A stretch of 64,000 nt of DNA from Octopus vulgaris (GCA_951406725.2 OX597822.1:80538001-80602000); one strand, 5' to 3'. Positions 1 through 12,641 are shown, counted from the stretch's first letter. Notes: generated by a model from the sequence alone, not told the origin. Translations and numbers: made by a program.

Positions 1-690
1 TTCTGTGAAGTGAATAGCCTCTTGCTGGGGATAAGAAGCTATCTGCTTCAGGTTGCAAAACCATTCAGCTGTAGTATTATTGTTCTTGCTTACTCTATAT
101 CTTACTCCAGAAAAGTCGACTTTCATCAGCTTCAGAGACTAATATTTCACGTTTTTGATCATCATTAATCTCTTTGGAAAATTTGTTGTTCAAACTTAGT
201 TAGCTTTGCTTTTTTTGCATGTATGCGCTGCTTCAGTTCTTCAATTACAACATACAGGTCTTTCGTATCTACAGCATACTTCTTCCTAACTTTTTCGAAT
301 TGCCACTCATTCTTAAGCTCTCCATTTCTTTTCCTAATAAACATTGACACTACACTGCTCTAGGAGTTTATCTTCAGAAATTCCTGTTAATCATCCATTA
401 CTTCGTATTAGTCTTGGCTGGTCACATAGTATCTGCTCAGCAATTTCAAACTATTCCATTACCTTCCATTCACTGAACCCTCTGACAGGCACGCCATTCG
501 CAAACAACTGTGTGTTCCGGTAGTAACATTCCATAACCATCATGTTTACTTGTTTACTCCACCTATGTCTTGTAGCATGGCTAGCATTTGCTGGATTACG
601 ACGGGGCCTAACTTGCTGTCCTATGGGGCACCTGTCCGGTGCGGCATCTTCACCATTTGTTCCACTCATGGTCACACCGTTATCGTCAAT
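1..690 (-). mobile_element. Degraded 5' part of an R4/Dong-type (RLE) non-LTR retrotransposon
   Basis: Broken frames give RHRWSKQVNMMVMECYYR (451-675) and KYAVDTKDLYVVIEELKQRIHAKKAKLTKFEQ (165-350), matching N-terminal motifs I associate with R4/Dong ORFs; it starts next to an ATT-rich tract. Confidence 0.6.
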
Positions 691-709
691 TATTAATATT
701 ATTATTATA

Positions 710-935
710 AAGGCGGCGAGATGGCAGAATCGTTAGCACGCTGGACGAAATGTTTAGCGGTATCAGAACATAGCGACTCGTCGCTATGTTCTGAGTTCAA
801 ATTCCTGCGAGGTCGACTTTGTCTTTCATCCTTCCGGGGTGGATAAATTAAGTACCAGTGAAACACTGGGGTCGATGCGATCGATCGTCTCATTCACCAC
901 AAAATCCAGGTCTTCTGCCTATACCAGAAAGGATT
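710..935 (+). mobile_element. tRNA-derived SINE, family B, with (TCT)n/(ATT)n tail to ~1050
   Basis: A-box-like TGGCAGAATCGTTAG, B-box GAGTTCAAATTCC, body GGTCGACTTTGYCTTTCATCCTT..GATAAATTAAGTACCAG..CTGGGGTCGAT; repeated at several other sites in the window. Confidence 0.85.
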
Positions 936-948
936 CTTCTTCTTCTTC

Positions 949-1049
<101 letters not shown>

Positions 1050-1348
1050 GTTATTACTTTCCATTAAGATTTTGATTTGTGTTAGTTGTTGAATTCGTAG
1101 TTATTGAGCATGTATCGTGTACTTTTCGTTAATATTCTGAACACTGATTCATTCCATTTTAAACTATTGGACTTAATGTGTGTCTAGACTAATGAAGTAG
1201 AAAGAAATACAATTTGCTGTCATCGATTACAAATACATCACTGCTAAAGCAATTAATACAACAGAACGGATTATTGCGTTGTGAGGTTCCAAATATGTGT
1301 TGTATTTCAGAAATGATTCAAGACTTTCACCAACCAATAATAGCAGGC

Positions 1349-1985
<637 letters not shown>

Positions 1986-1999
1986 ATATATATTAGGGG

Positions 2000-3290
2000 T
2001 ATGAATCTGATATTTGGGGAAGTAAACAATTTCCTGTATTAAAAGACGATGAACAATTTTATATAACCAGACCAACTCTAGTATCATCGTCAACGTCTGA
2101 AGCTGAGGCTGAAAGTGGGTATTAAGATTCCGAAAAGTCAGATGAAAAGTCCTCATAAACAAGGAGGAAGTATAGCAAAACTGGAACTGCAACCAAGTTA
2201 GTAATATCTTCCGTGCTATCAACCCCAAAAGCAGCAACAGTTGTCGACTATTATCTCAAAATGGAATCTATGTCGAAGATCCTTCCCAATCTGGTATATA
2301 ACAGATCGATTACCAAAACTAGAAGAAAAACACTACATTTAGAAAACATATTTATTGTATTTTGATGACAAAGAATAGGTTTTGATGACCAAGAATACCA
2401 AGTGCTAGTTTTAAAGAATGAACAGTAAGAACTTAAGCTAGAATTACTCCAATCATCGAAGAGAAAAGCTGATACTGTTGGGAAAGGAATAACAGATGTT
2501 TTAGATGAATACAATTTATGGAACTGTGTAAATATGTTTGTCGCTGATACAACGAGTGTGAACACTGGGAAAAGAAATTGCATTGCCGTTCAGTTGCAAA
2601 GATTGCTTACACAAAAGGGTTTGAAAGAACCGCAATTTATTCGTTGTCAGCATCATGACCTTGATAGAGCTCTTCGTGTTGCAATGGATAACGAACTTGG
2701 AGAAAAAAATCATCTCTTAATATTGAATATATATTCCTATCAGAGCTGCTAAGTAATTACCAGAAACTCCAGGCTCATTTCAACAATGGTGAAGAAAAGA
2801 TTATTGAATCAGGAAGATGGCGAGATGACATGAAGTTTTTATTTCATTTGACCGGAGATTTTCGTTTCTTTGAAGAAACCAGCCAATTTCCTACTGTAAA
2901 GTTTAAAAAAATACACAGCTTAAATAATGCAAGATGGAATTCTCGAGCAATACTAGCTCTTTTCGCATTTATTCTTCTACCAGAGAAAAGAGTTTTGCTT
3001 CTCAATGTTTGTTGATTCAGCTCTTACTGCTGGGCAGAGTTTTGGTTTACTAATCAAATGTTCAATACGTACTCAGAAATTATGTGGTAGCCTGCAAGTT
3101 CATAAAAAAATCATTGAGCTCTGTAAAAAACTGTAAAAAACAGAGTCGAGAACTATAAAGACTAGAAATTCCCAGAATAAATCAGAGTGCACAACGAACA
3201 ATCAAGCGCCTTCAAGATCTTTATGATGTTTGTAAAAAGAAGGAGAACCTTCAGCTTTGATTTATTTTATCTAACAAAACATATTAATTC
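2000..3290 (+). pseudogene. Decayed DDE DNA-transposase remnant with CxxH motif (Sola2/hAT-like class, superfamily uncertain)
   Basis: Collinear broken frames: FVADTTSVNTG..CQHHDLD (2534-2752) and WRDDMKFL..NNARWNSRAILAL (2818-3015); multiple stops and frameshifts. Confidence 0.6.
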
Positions 3291-3369
3291 TTTGTTATGT
3301 TTCAAAATTTGCTAATATTCAGTACCCTTTTTCTTATATAATTTTAAAAATGGAAATAAAAATATAAAC

Positions 3370-3640
3370 AGTTCTATAGTTAAGAGATGAGGAAATATGT
3401 ACATTATTTACATTTGACAGACATTTGTCCTCATCTTGCTTGTTGATAAAACAACGTTTAGGCTGATATACCCTCCAGCCTTCATCAGGAGTTTTGGGGA
3501 AATTTCGAAACTGGGTTCTCATTCCTAAGGTATATTTCGATGTTATGACTATTAGTATTCAGGTCACTGCCTAGAATCGAACTCGGAATCTTGGATTAGT
3601 AGCACGCACTCTTAACCACTATGTCATCTGCCCGAGGGCA
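3370..3640 (-). mobile_element. tRNA-headed short element with hammerhead-like tail, copy 1 (core GAAA mutated to TAAA)
   Basis: Minus strand: GACATAGTGGTTAAG..GAGTTCGATTCT head, then CTGATGA-A-GGCTG..CAGCC-TAAACGTT (3448-3493); collinear with 44734-45125. Confidence 0.75.
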
Positions 3641-3771
3641 ATTTTGGAGTGAATTTTAGGACTTATAAATCTAATATTTTCTTATTCTTCCTTAATACCG
3701 GTTCACGTATGCTACTCATATCTGCTTAGGAGGTTGCTGTGTGCTAACATATGTGCTGCTTCTTTTATATA

Positions 3772-3925
3772 TACTCGACGGGCTTCTTTCAGTTTCCGTT
3801 TATCAAATCCACTCGCAGTCGACTTGAACTAGAGCAGAAGGCAATCGTCCAAGATGCCATGCAACGGAAGTGAATCTGGAACCATGTGGACAAGGAGCAA
3901 ACTTCTGACCACACAGTCATGCCTA
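3772..3925 (-). mobile_element. tRNA-derived SINE, family A, 5' part
   Basis: Matches the head and GGAAACTGAAAGAAGCCCGTCG segment of the fuller copy at 23105-23545. Confidence 0.75.
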
Positions 3926-5128
3926 CGCTTATATGTGTTTGTGTGTGTGTGTGCGTGTGCGCATGTGTGTTTGTGTGTGTGTGGCTCTGTTGTATAAGTG
4001 TGCATGTAGGTGTATATACGCGTCTACGTGTTTACACTCACCAAACATCATATTACTATACTGTTTGCAAACCGAGGTCGACTGAGACATTAATCTTTGG
4101 GGATGCGAGAAAATAGGATCCGGCAAAATACATACATGCGTACATATATACATATATACATACGCATATATACTGCATATATATAATACTGTACAAATGC
4201 ATGCATGTAAGACTACCCTATTGATGTTGAAATTCTAATGAAGAAGCCACGTATCTTGGTAGGAAACCGGGTCTTTCTCTACTGGCCAGAAATCTTGAAA
4301 TAAAATTGAATAATGACATACATGCATAAGGTGTGTATGTGTATGTATATATTTACACACATATATACACACACACACATATATATATATATATGTATAT
4401 GTATGTAAACAGTAAAAAATAAATACAAACTGGGACAAGAACGTGAAACACCAAGGAGACGACACAAGAACCACAGGACGGGACATTCGAAGCCCTCAGT
4501 CATCAGTCAAGAACCAGATCATCTTCGCAATTTCGGCTGATTAATCTTGAGATTGCTCCGATCTGGGCAGCCCCCAAGGGAAATCTAAGCCAAGCGCATT
4601 AGATCCCTTGGAAGAAAACGTCGAATGTATACAACACAAGGACGGAAAACGAACGATGTACACGAATAAAAATACAGAATACGTGAAAACAATAAGGAAA
4701 GCACGAATAAGAATACAAAAACGTAAAAACAATAACAGTAAGGATAAAATACAAAACAAAACCAGGACGTAGGACAAGGGTCTTTCGACAGGACGAGTTG
4801 AGTTGGGGCTGGCTTATGGAGTTGTGCCTTATGGCCGCGGGAGACAAACAAAAACGTGTTGCTTCGACGACTGCTGGAACGAAAAGGGCGCCCAGCGGTG
4901 GCTAGCGGTCACGTGGGGATAAAAGACAGAGAAAGGGACAGATGAGGAGAGAGAGGTGGACAAAGGAGGAGAAGAAAGAGACAGTTCGAGGGGAGTGGAG
5001 GTAAGAGATGTAGAGAAACGTAGGAGGGAGGGGGGGCGGATGAAGAGAAAAAGAAAGAAAGAAGGGGAATAAGGGAGGAGGAGAGAGAGAGAGAGAGAAA
5101 GAGACAGATGTATGTATATATATATATA

Positions 5129-8100
5129 CTAGCAGCATAGCCCGGCGTTGCCCGGGTATGTAAGAGCCCCTAGTAGGCAACGACTAATCCCAATGTAGTC
5201 CTTTCCCTCCAGGGAACGAAGGTGCATGTGGACGTTGCAATGTCTTGTCTTCACTGGAATACTTCTGTATATACGATGTTCCTAGCTGTCCGTTTGGGCG
5301 AAAACATGAAAACATCATTGCGCCTCCCAACGCGTGAACAGCCCACGTAGAGTTGACCGTGAGCGAAGCACTGTTCGCCCAAATGTAACCCAGCGACTTG
5401 TAGCGTTTGGCCTTGGGATTTATTGATGGACATTGCGAAGCAGAGTTTAACAGGAAACTGAGAACGCCTGAAGTGGATTGGTAGGTCAGCGCCCGACGGT
5501 TGAAGGTGCATCCGTGGAATGAAGACGTCCTCTCCCTTCTCACAACCGGTAAGTATTGTGGCCGTTATTAAATGTGGTGCCAAATGTTTCACAACCAAAC
5601 GTGTGCCGTTGCACTGTTTAGGTGGAACCAAATTCCTGATGAGCATAATGGGCGCACCGACTTTTAACTTCAGGATGTGTGGTGGCAGGCCTGGCGGTTC
5701 AAGTGAATTCAGGAATTCAACAGGATAATCGGCAAGCTGGGCGGGGTCTGCTGTCCTATCTATAGATTTGTAGACGTGGACATCACCAGGAATAGCTTCA
5801 AGTAGCTGGATATTGATGGAGTTGACGGTTGTATTTTTGGGTGCGAGAATAGCTCTGCCTGCCAGCCATTTTAGGTCGCGTAAATTGTTTTGTAGGTCGT
5901 GGAAGACAGCGTCCCGGAGGCTAGCAGGGGTGTCGACAATGGTGCAAAGTGAGTCAAATTGAACGTAGCCATCCGCATCAGACAGCATCCTATTTTCACC
6001 GAGCGATAAGAGGTCCCTGGAGAATGCAGCGGATCCGCTGTCACCAATTAACTGCGCGCGCATGTTAGTTTGGAGGTGCAAGGGCCGCACATGTGCCCAA
6101 AGAGCTGACGACTTAAGGCACGCGCGCACGGCATCGGCACGGGTTCCTTTTGGAATAACAGGTAGAGTCTGCCTGAAGTCTCCTGAAAGAAGTAAAGTTA
6201 ATCCTCCCATGGGGGCCGTAGAGTCTCTGATGTCTTGCAGGGACCTGTCCAGTGCCTCAAGGGCGCCTTTGTGTGCCATAGTGCACTCGTCCCATACGAT
6301 GAGTTTGCATCTGCGCAGAATGTCGGCCTGTTCTGAGTTCTTGGCAATGTTGCAGATAGGTGACTCGGACTTTGCCAGATCGAGCGGGAGTCTGAAGGCA
6401 GAGTGGGCGGTTCTGCCACCCGGAAGCAACGTGGCCGCGATACCAGAGGAAGCTACAGCCAGGGCAATGTCCGTGTTGCGTCTGACCTCTGCCAGAATTA
6501 GTTTAGTGACGAAGGTTTTGCCAGTGCCGCCGGGTGCATCAAGGAAGAAAATCCCCCCACGTTGCTGTCTGACAGAGTCTACGATGGTGTTGTAGGCTAT
6601 GCGCTGGTCTGGAAGCAGCCGTGGTTCATTATCTTGGACGTACTGGTGCAGTTCCTCAATGCAGTAGGAAGTTTCGCGTAACAATTCAGCAGACATAACA
6701 TTGGCGTGTTCACGTGTGGGTGGTGGAAGGCCGTACTCTGTTAAAGCATACCCACCCATATCGATGACAGCGTCTTCGAATTGAATGAGCGCAAAATTGT
6801 AAGTGAAGTTGGTGAACGTGATCTCGGCGGAAGGGCAGTGTTGCTGAGCCGTACGTAAGACGTCGTGCGACATGTCATCCCTGTATTTCATCCAGAGACT
6901 TAGTGGATCACTAAGCTGACATTTTTGAAGAAGGATTGCGAAAAGATGTCGTAGGGCCGAATGCGTTTGCAGTAAAGCACCCTCTGCCATCGTGGCGTCC
7001 CACTGGGAGTCATCCTCTAGAAGGCCAAGTCTCATACATGCTTCCCTGAAGGTGTCGCACAGAACCCCATTGACGGTACGTATATTGGCGAAACCTGTTG
7101 GACCAGTGACCTCATGTAGAAGGAGACGGAGGTAGAAGCATTCTTGCTGGTTTGGCGGGATGTTGTAAACTCGACCCAGGCAGGAGTCAAACTTGACGCC
7201 TGGGAAGCTTTCGACGTTTTTGCCGGATTTCCGTCGAACCCAGGTGTTTTTAGACCACACGAAGTACGATGGGACCTGTGGGTACAAAAGCGTTCGAGAG
7301 AAGTCATCACGTTGGCATAATTTGAAGAAACCAGTCAACGTTGTGTCTTTAGGGCTGGTGGCTATCTGCACAGCACTTTGCTCTGTGAAGTAAATCCGCT
7401 GTCCATTTTCCAAGTGTACAGCAAGCTGCACCACAGCCGGGTGTCTCTGATGGAGCGGGAAGCCGTAATTGCGCCAAAACGCTTCGTTGCTGCTGAGGTA
7501 CCGGCCAGCCAAGTAGTTGGACACTTCGTCGCGACTGGTGGTCCTCTGGATGCTGAACATGGCAGCATCGCTGCCTTTGTTGATATATTTGCAGACATAT
7601 TGTATTGACCTGATGGAGCTGCAGAACTCAACGTTGACGTGGGCTTTGAATATCTTCGACAGGAGAGGACAGTAGGGGACAATGTAGCTGTTGTCCACTT
7701 GATGTCGCCCAACCGTAATCGTGCGGCCTCCATTGGCTGGACTCCTTCGTTTGTACAGCGGATACCCATCGCCGCCTGTTTGAGTCTCCAAAGTGAACCG
7801 TTTAGGGAATCCCTTTGAGCAGGCTAATCCGTTTTTGTAGCATGGTGTGTTGGCGTAATTTGGTCCACAGGGCCCGTGTACCATGGTAGTGCGGACAATT
7901 TCGTAGAGTCCGGGGTCCTCATCGGGATCAGGAATCTCGGCGGAAATGAATTTGTCAATGTCATTAGTCTCGATTTTATGAGTGAGCCAAATTAAGATGT
8001 GAGCATGTGGCGAGCCCCTCTTTTGCCACTCGACCGAAAACATGTGGCACCTGACATGCCCGAAAATCTGACCCTTAACTATCAAATCCTTCATTTTGCC

Positions 8101-10704
8101 CAAATTCAGACGGAAAACCCTAGCAACGATGTCGTGTCGATGGGTGTGAGATTGACCCGGGAGGAGTTCGCGAGTGATTTCGTCGCAGCTGGGATTGCAC
8201 GTGTAGGTGATAAAGAGGTCCGGCCGGCCGTAAATGCGCACGTAGGTCAAGGCGTCTTGGGTCCTTTCACGCATATATCGCGGTCCTCCCGTGAAGGTGG
8301 AGGGTAGAATGCATGGCTTGCCGATGTTGCGAGGGTCATTTTCTTGTTGCAAACCGTCACGGAGATGAATGTAGGAGTCGGAGCGAAGTTTGGTCTGATT
8401 AAGTTTAATATATAGCAGCCTTTCCGATTCCATTTTTGCGGCCATGTCGACGGCGAACTGGTTGAATAGCTGACGACAACGGGGCAATAAGTTAAACTCA
8501 ACCTCCCTGACCATGAACCGGTATGAGTAGAACGCCCTGCAGGAAACCGTCTTTGATGCCGCAGTAGTTTGATTGGAGGGCTGCCGTAAAGGAATTCCGA
8601 AGTGGCAGCCGTCTTCCCCATAAGGGAAAAGCAATGGATACTGAAGCGCGTCATAAGATCTGTGAGTCTCACTGATCCTGTGTAGGTTGTTACCACGGGA
8701 GGAGATCATTATGTCACGGCTGTTGTGTTGCTCTCCGTGTATGACTGCGGCAATTTCGTTGCACGCAGGTGCGTTGAAACGGCGTTCGTGCTCCCCGTGG
8801 GGTCGTTTATCAGCATCAATGACAACGGTGAAGTTTGGAGATGGAGCACTGTCCAAGGCATATCTGAAGCTGCAGACGTAGCTGTTGATATCATGAAGCA
8901 TGGTTTGGAGACGGAGAAGAATGTCTTTGCGGGGAACATAGCTTGTACCCGGTATTATTCCAAGGCGTGCATCAACCTGGTGGTTGTAGTCGGCAATGAA
9001 GTATATTTGGAGGAAAGAAGACTGCTGAATCTCGTCTGGCAGAAGTGACCCAATAAGATGGTAGACCTGTCCCTGCACTTTGAAAGTAGGCATCCAGCCT
9101 TCTCTGGGAGGAATTTTGGCCCCGAAAGAGGTCATTTGGAATGAGCAGTTGTACTTTCGAATTATTTCAAGGAATTGTGACGAATCGGGGGTTAAACCCG
9201 CCGCGAGATCCTTCAGTGGTTGAGGTGGTTCCCGTAGGGGTGGCAGGTCCACTTTGCCACCAGAGCAGCACAAACCAGGTGGCTCTCCGGGCCATTTCTT
9301 GGCTTTGCAAAACTGGCATACAATTGTCATTGACCCTATCTTGATGTCGTCACACAAGGAGAAGTTAATTGTGGCGTCGTAGTTGAATGCTAGTGACAAC
9401 CAGAAAGCGGGGGCAGGGGTACGTACACCACGAATGATATCCCGACGTTTGTTGATACTCTCAAGTCGAGTGCACCGTGCCTCAGCAGATTCAGATGCAC
9501 GTGCGACAGCGGTAGCAGTGGCATCCCTTGAAAGCCTTTCAGCTCTCGCCTCAGCACCATCTGAAGCCCTAGCAGAAGCAGTGTAATAAAAAGGAACACG
9601 TGGGGTAAGTATTTTGGTGGATAGCAATGTGTTTGGTAAAGGTGTAATAAAAAGGAGCTCGTGGGGTAAGTATCCGAAAATGTATAAAAATGTACAAAAA
9701 CGGCCAAAAAGCTGGCAGCAATGTGAGTGACAACAACGAAAATGTCAAAAGTGATCAAACTGAACAAACGAAAGGAAAAGTTTTTTGATGCACACGACAA
9801 AAGTGGTTTATAATAAACCAAGAGTTTGCAAGTAGCGTCCGAGGACCGTTAGGGTACGTCAAAAATTGAAGGTAAAACGTTTGGGGTGGTAGTTATAAAG
9901 AAAGTTTAAACAAAAAAAGTACTCGAATAACTTGCGGCTGCGGCAGCTATTAGCAGAAGTGGCGGTGTTGGGGGTAAAGTCTCGAATGTAATTTCTTCCT
10001 AGTAGGAATTGGTTGGATCGAATTATCGATAGCTAAAAAGGTCAAGTTGCGTCCCCTAGACAGTCTGGTTTGTGTTTAATACACAAATTTGTTTGCTATG
10101 TGTGCCACATATGATTAAATTAACCGATTTTTTCCAATAATGTATCCTATTGGAATAAAAAGGGCTATATAGCTCCTTGGAGCAGACATGATGCTCGTTG
10201 TGAAAAAAAAAAAAGATTCCTGCCAATTTGTGAAAGATATTGTCGAAAATATGTCATCTTGAATTTGAACGCGATTTCCCAAAATGGCATGATTTTATCG
10301 ATTGTTTCTGATGGTAAGGTATTGCATGGAAAACTAACGTCAGAATTGAGTTTCTTAGGGTAACATTAAGCTTCACCATGAGTTTGGTGAAAATCGATTG
10401 CAAGTTGTGAAAACTACCATAGATAATGCGTTGCATAAAAAAAGCTTAGATTCTCGAGTTGCGTCCCCTAGACAGTCTGCGGTTCGTGTTTATGATTCTC
10501 GACCCCATGTCGAATTTATCAATTTTTTTCAGAACTGGGGGAACTTTTCAAAATTTTCGCTGCGTTAGTTTTGAATTATGACATTGGGCTATGTGTGTGT
10601 CATGTTTCATCAGAATCGGTTGAAAGCCGTGGTCAGGGTGAGGGTACGAGAAAACAGACACACAGAAGCACGCACAGACAAACTGCCGTTTATATATAGA
10701 GAGA
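5129..10704 (-). mobile_element. Full-length Helitron (rolling-circle transposon), 5576 bp
   Basis: Minus strand starts A|TCTCTCTATATATAAA (10704) and ends with hairpin CCCGG-GCAACG-CCGGG (5141-5156), 8 nt, then CTAG|T (5129). Inserted between A and T of a (TA)n tract with no TSD; encloses the RepHel ORF. Confidence 0.95.
5251..9627 (-). CDS. Helitron Rep/Helicase (HUH Y2 replication initiator fused to PIF1-family SF1 helicase); true start uncertain
   Basis: 1458 open codons. Zn motif CQFC..CCSGG; Rep motifs PDLFITYTCNP, VEWQKRGSPHAH, YVCKYINK; helicase motifs DAPGGTGKT, VWDECTM, GDFRQTLP, FAMSINKSQGQT, HGQLYVGCSRV. The frame begins at TTG and the first ATG is about 100 codons in. Confidence 0.93.
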   Translation of the reverse strand: MLSTKILTPRVPFYYTASARASDGAEARAERLSRDATATAVARASESAEARCTRLESINKRRDIIRGVRTPAPAFWLSLAFNYDATINFSLCDDIKIGSMTIVCQFCKAKKWPGEPPGLCCSGGKVDLPPLREPPQPLKDLAAGLTPDSSQFLEIIRKYNCSFQMTSFGAKIPPREGWMPTFKVQGQVYHLIGSLLPDEIQQSSFLQIYFIADYNHQVDARLGIIPGTSYVPRKDILLRLQTMLHDINSYVCSFRYALDSAPSPNFTVVIDADKRPHGEHERRFNAPACNEIAAVIHGEQHNSRDIMISSRGNNLHRISETHRSYDALQYPLLFPYGEDGCHFGIPLRQPSNQTTAASKTVSCRAFYSYRFMVREVEFNLLPRCRQLFNQFAVDMAAKMESERLLYIKLNQTKLRSDSYIHLRDGLQQENDPRNIGKPCILPSTFTGGPRYMRERTQDALTYVRIYGRPDLFITYTCNPSCDEITRELLPGQSHTHRHDIVARVFRLNLGKMKDLIVKGQIFGHVRCHMFSVEWQKRGSPHAHILIWLTHKIETNDIDKFISAEIPDPDEDPGLYEIVRTTMVHGPCGPNYANTPCYKNGLACSKGFPKRFTLETQTGGDGYPLYKRRSPANGGRTITVGRHQVDNSYIVPYCPLLSKIFKAHVNVEFCSSIRSIQYVCKYINKGSDAAMFSIQRTTSRDEVSNYLAGRYLSSNEAFWRNYGFPLHQRHPAVVQLAVHLENGQRIYFTEQSAVQIATSPKDTTLTGFFKLCQRDDFSRTLLYPQVPSYFVWSKNTWVRRKSGKNVESFPGVKFDSCLGRVYNIPPNQQECFYLRLLLHEVTGPTGFANIRTVNGVLCDTFREACMRLGLLEDDSQWDATMAEGALLQTHSALRHLFAILLQKCQLSDPLSLWMKYRDDMSHDVLRTAQQHCPSAEITFTNFTYNFALIQFEDAVIDMGGYALTEYGLPPPTREHANVMSAELLRETSYCIEELHQYVQDNEPRLLPDQRIAYNTIVDSVRQQRGGIFFLDAPGGTGKTFVTKLILAEVRRNTDIALAVASSGIAATLLPGGRTAHSAFRLPLDLAKSESPICNIAKNSEQADILRRCKLIVWDECTMAHKGALEALDRSLQDIRDSTAPMGGLTLLLSGDFRQTLPVIPKGTRADAVRACLKSSALWAHVRPLHLQTNMRAQLIGDSGSAAFSRDLLSLGENRMLSDADGYVQFDSLCTIVDTPASLRDAVFHDLQNNLRDLKWLAGRAILAPKNTTVNSINIQLLEAIPGDVHVYKSIDRTADPAQLADYPVEFLNSLEPPGLPPHILKLKVGAPIMLIRNLVPPKQCNGTRLVVKHLAPHLITATILTGCEKGEDVFIPRMHLQPSGADLPIHFRRSQFPVKLCFAMSINKSQGQTLQVAGLHLGEQCFAHGQLYVGCSRVGRRNDVFMFSPKRTARNIVYTEVFQ

Positions 10705-10714
10705 TATATATACA

Positions 10715-10818
10715 TAAGTGACATGAAGGCCTGCAACATCAATATTAGCAACTGGGAAGCAGTTGCCAGAAACCTTGTAGATTGGCGACGTACCGTAAAA
10801 GAGGGAACACAAACGAGT

Positions 10819-10853
<35 letters not shown>

Positions 10854-11067
10854 AATGGAAAGACAAGAAAAGACGTCACCAAGAGACTATGTCAGGCAAT
10901 GTCTTAGCTACGTTTGCGGCACCTGCCAGAGCGAGTGTTTGTCCAGGATACGACTACACAGCCACAGCAGGAGATGTATTAGGACATGAAATGTAAAAGC
11001 CGGACTAGATTATTTTATGCGGAGCTACATTGTCTCCCGAGACAAAAAGGATGCCAAACCATCAACC

Positions 11068-11070
<3 letters not shown>
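10715..11070 (+). mobile_element. 3' fragment of an RTE/BovB-type LINE
   Basis: DMKACNINISNWEAVA..WRRTVKEG followed by C-terminal finger CGTCQSECLSRIRLHSHSRRC, then a short 3' UTR. Confidence 0.75.
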
Positions 11071-11161
<91 letters not shown>

Positions 11162-11367
11162 TCTAGACTTCTATTATGATTCAGATATTTTATATCCTCT
11201 ATTGGAGCTACTGGATATTGGAACCAAGAGCTGACTGACTACAAAATTTTTTATAAATATTATCTTCTGGTGTGTGGGCAGTTACTAACATGAATAATTT
11301 TAAATGCAAATCTCTTAGCATAAGAGAACTGCGACACATACACGCACTGACACAGACGTACACACAC

Positions 11368-11435
<68 letters not shown>

Positions 11436-11498
11436 AGCATAATACAACATACATATACGTATGTATATATGTGTATAAATATGTGTATATACATATAG

Positions 11499-11535
<37 letters not shown>

Positions 11536-11720
11536 GTATTATATATATAAATATGTATATATGTATTACACACACACACATATATATATGTAAATATATA
11601 TGTATGAATACATATATATATTTATATATGTATGTATATATAAATATATTATGTTATATACATATGTGCGTGTGTGTGTGTGAGTGTGATTCTATCTATG
11701 TATGTGTATGTATGTGTTTG

Positions 11721-11771
<51 letters not shown>

Positions 11772-12434
11772 TGTTCCTCTTCATCTTCATCCGCATCATC
11801 TTGTGCAATCACTTGCGCTGTCATTACTTTTCATTTGATGTCAGAGAAGGTAGGTTGAAGGAGTCCTGACGTGCCTCCTCCGTCGACCATTCAACATTAC
11901 TTGACATCACAAAAATACTGTTATAATAAAAACAAGCTAAGGAAGTGGAAAAATAAACTCAAATAATACTTGATATACATGCTAAGAACGAGTTTTCTTC
12001 GATGTACGTGATATAAGTTGAAAAAAACTGTTGAATTATGCATGATATGAAAAATGTATTCAGAAGAGAAGTAAGAAATGCGTGGTGTATACGTGATAAA
12101 AAAATATTAAATAGATGACTTGCGTAATGTGTAAACAAGAGCGCAGATATGGTTGTGTTGAAGAAGCTTGTTTGCAGCCATGTTATTTTGGGTTCGGTCC
12201 CACTGTCTTCTAATAAAGCTCCGGTCCCTCCGACGCCTTGTTAATGAATTGCGTAGAACATATGTTCTCAAAGTGGTTGATACCGCCCTCCCCCACCTGG
12301 TGGGCGTTGAGAGGAACCAGATGGGCACTGGTGACTAAATGGGTGGTGTGGGTTGGTCGAGAAAAAAGGAGGCAGTGGGAAGAAGGCAGAGGATTGGTGG
12401 ATACTATGAATTTATTATAATATTATATTAGTAT

Positions 12435-12605
12435 TTACTCTTCTACTTGTTTGACTGTGGTCATGCTAGAGCACAGCCTTTAGTCGAGCAAATCGACCTA
12501 AGGACTTATTCTTTGTAAGCCTAGTACTTATTCAATCGGGGACGTAAACACACCAGCATCGGTTGTAAAGCGATGTTGGGGGGACAAACACAGACACACA
12601 AACAT

Positions 12606-12641
<36 letters not shown>

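Noticed and set aside
4525-4585. Minus-strand GGCTG..CAGCC-GAAA hairpin in the 4410-5105 repeat-like segment
   Set aside because: The upstream core reads CCTTGGG, too far from CUGANGA, and there is no valid cleavage triplet.
5184-9821. Short ORFs overlapping the Helitron RepHel frame (and 15466-16039 over the CR1 RT)
   Set aside because: Shadow frames of GC-rich coding sequence with no recognisable motifs.
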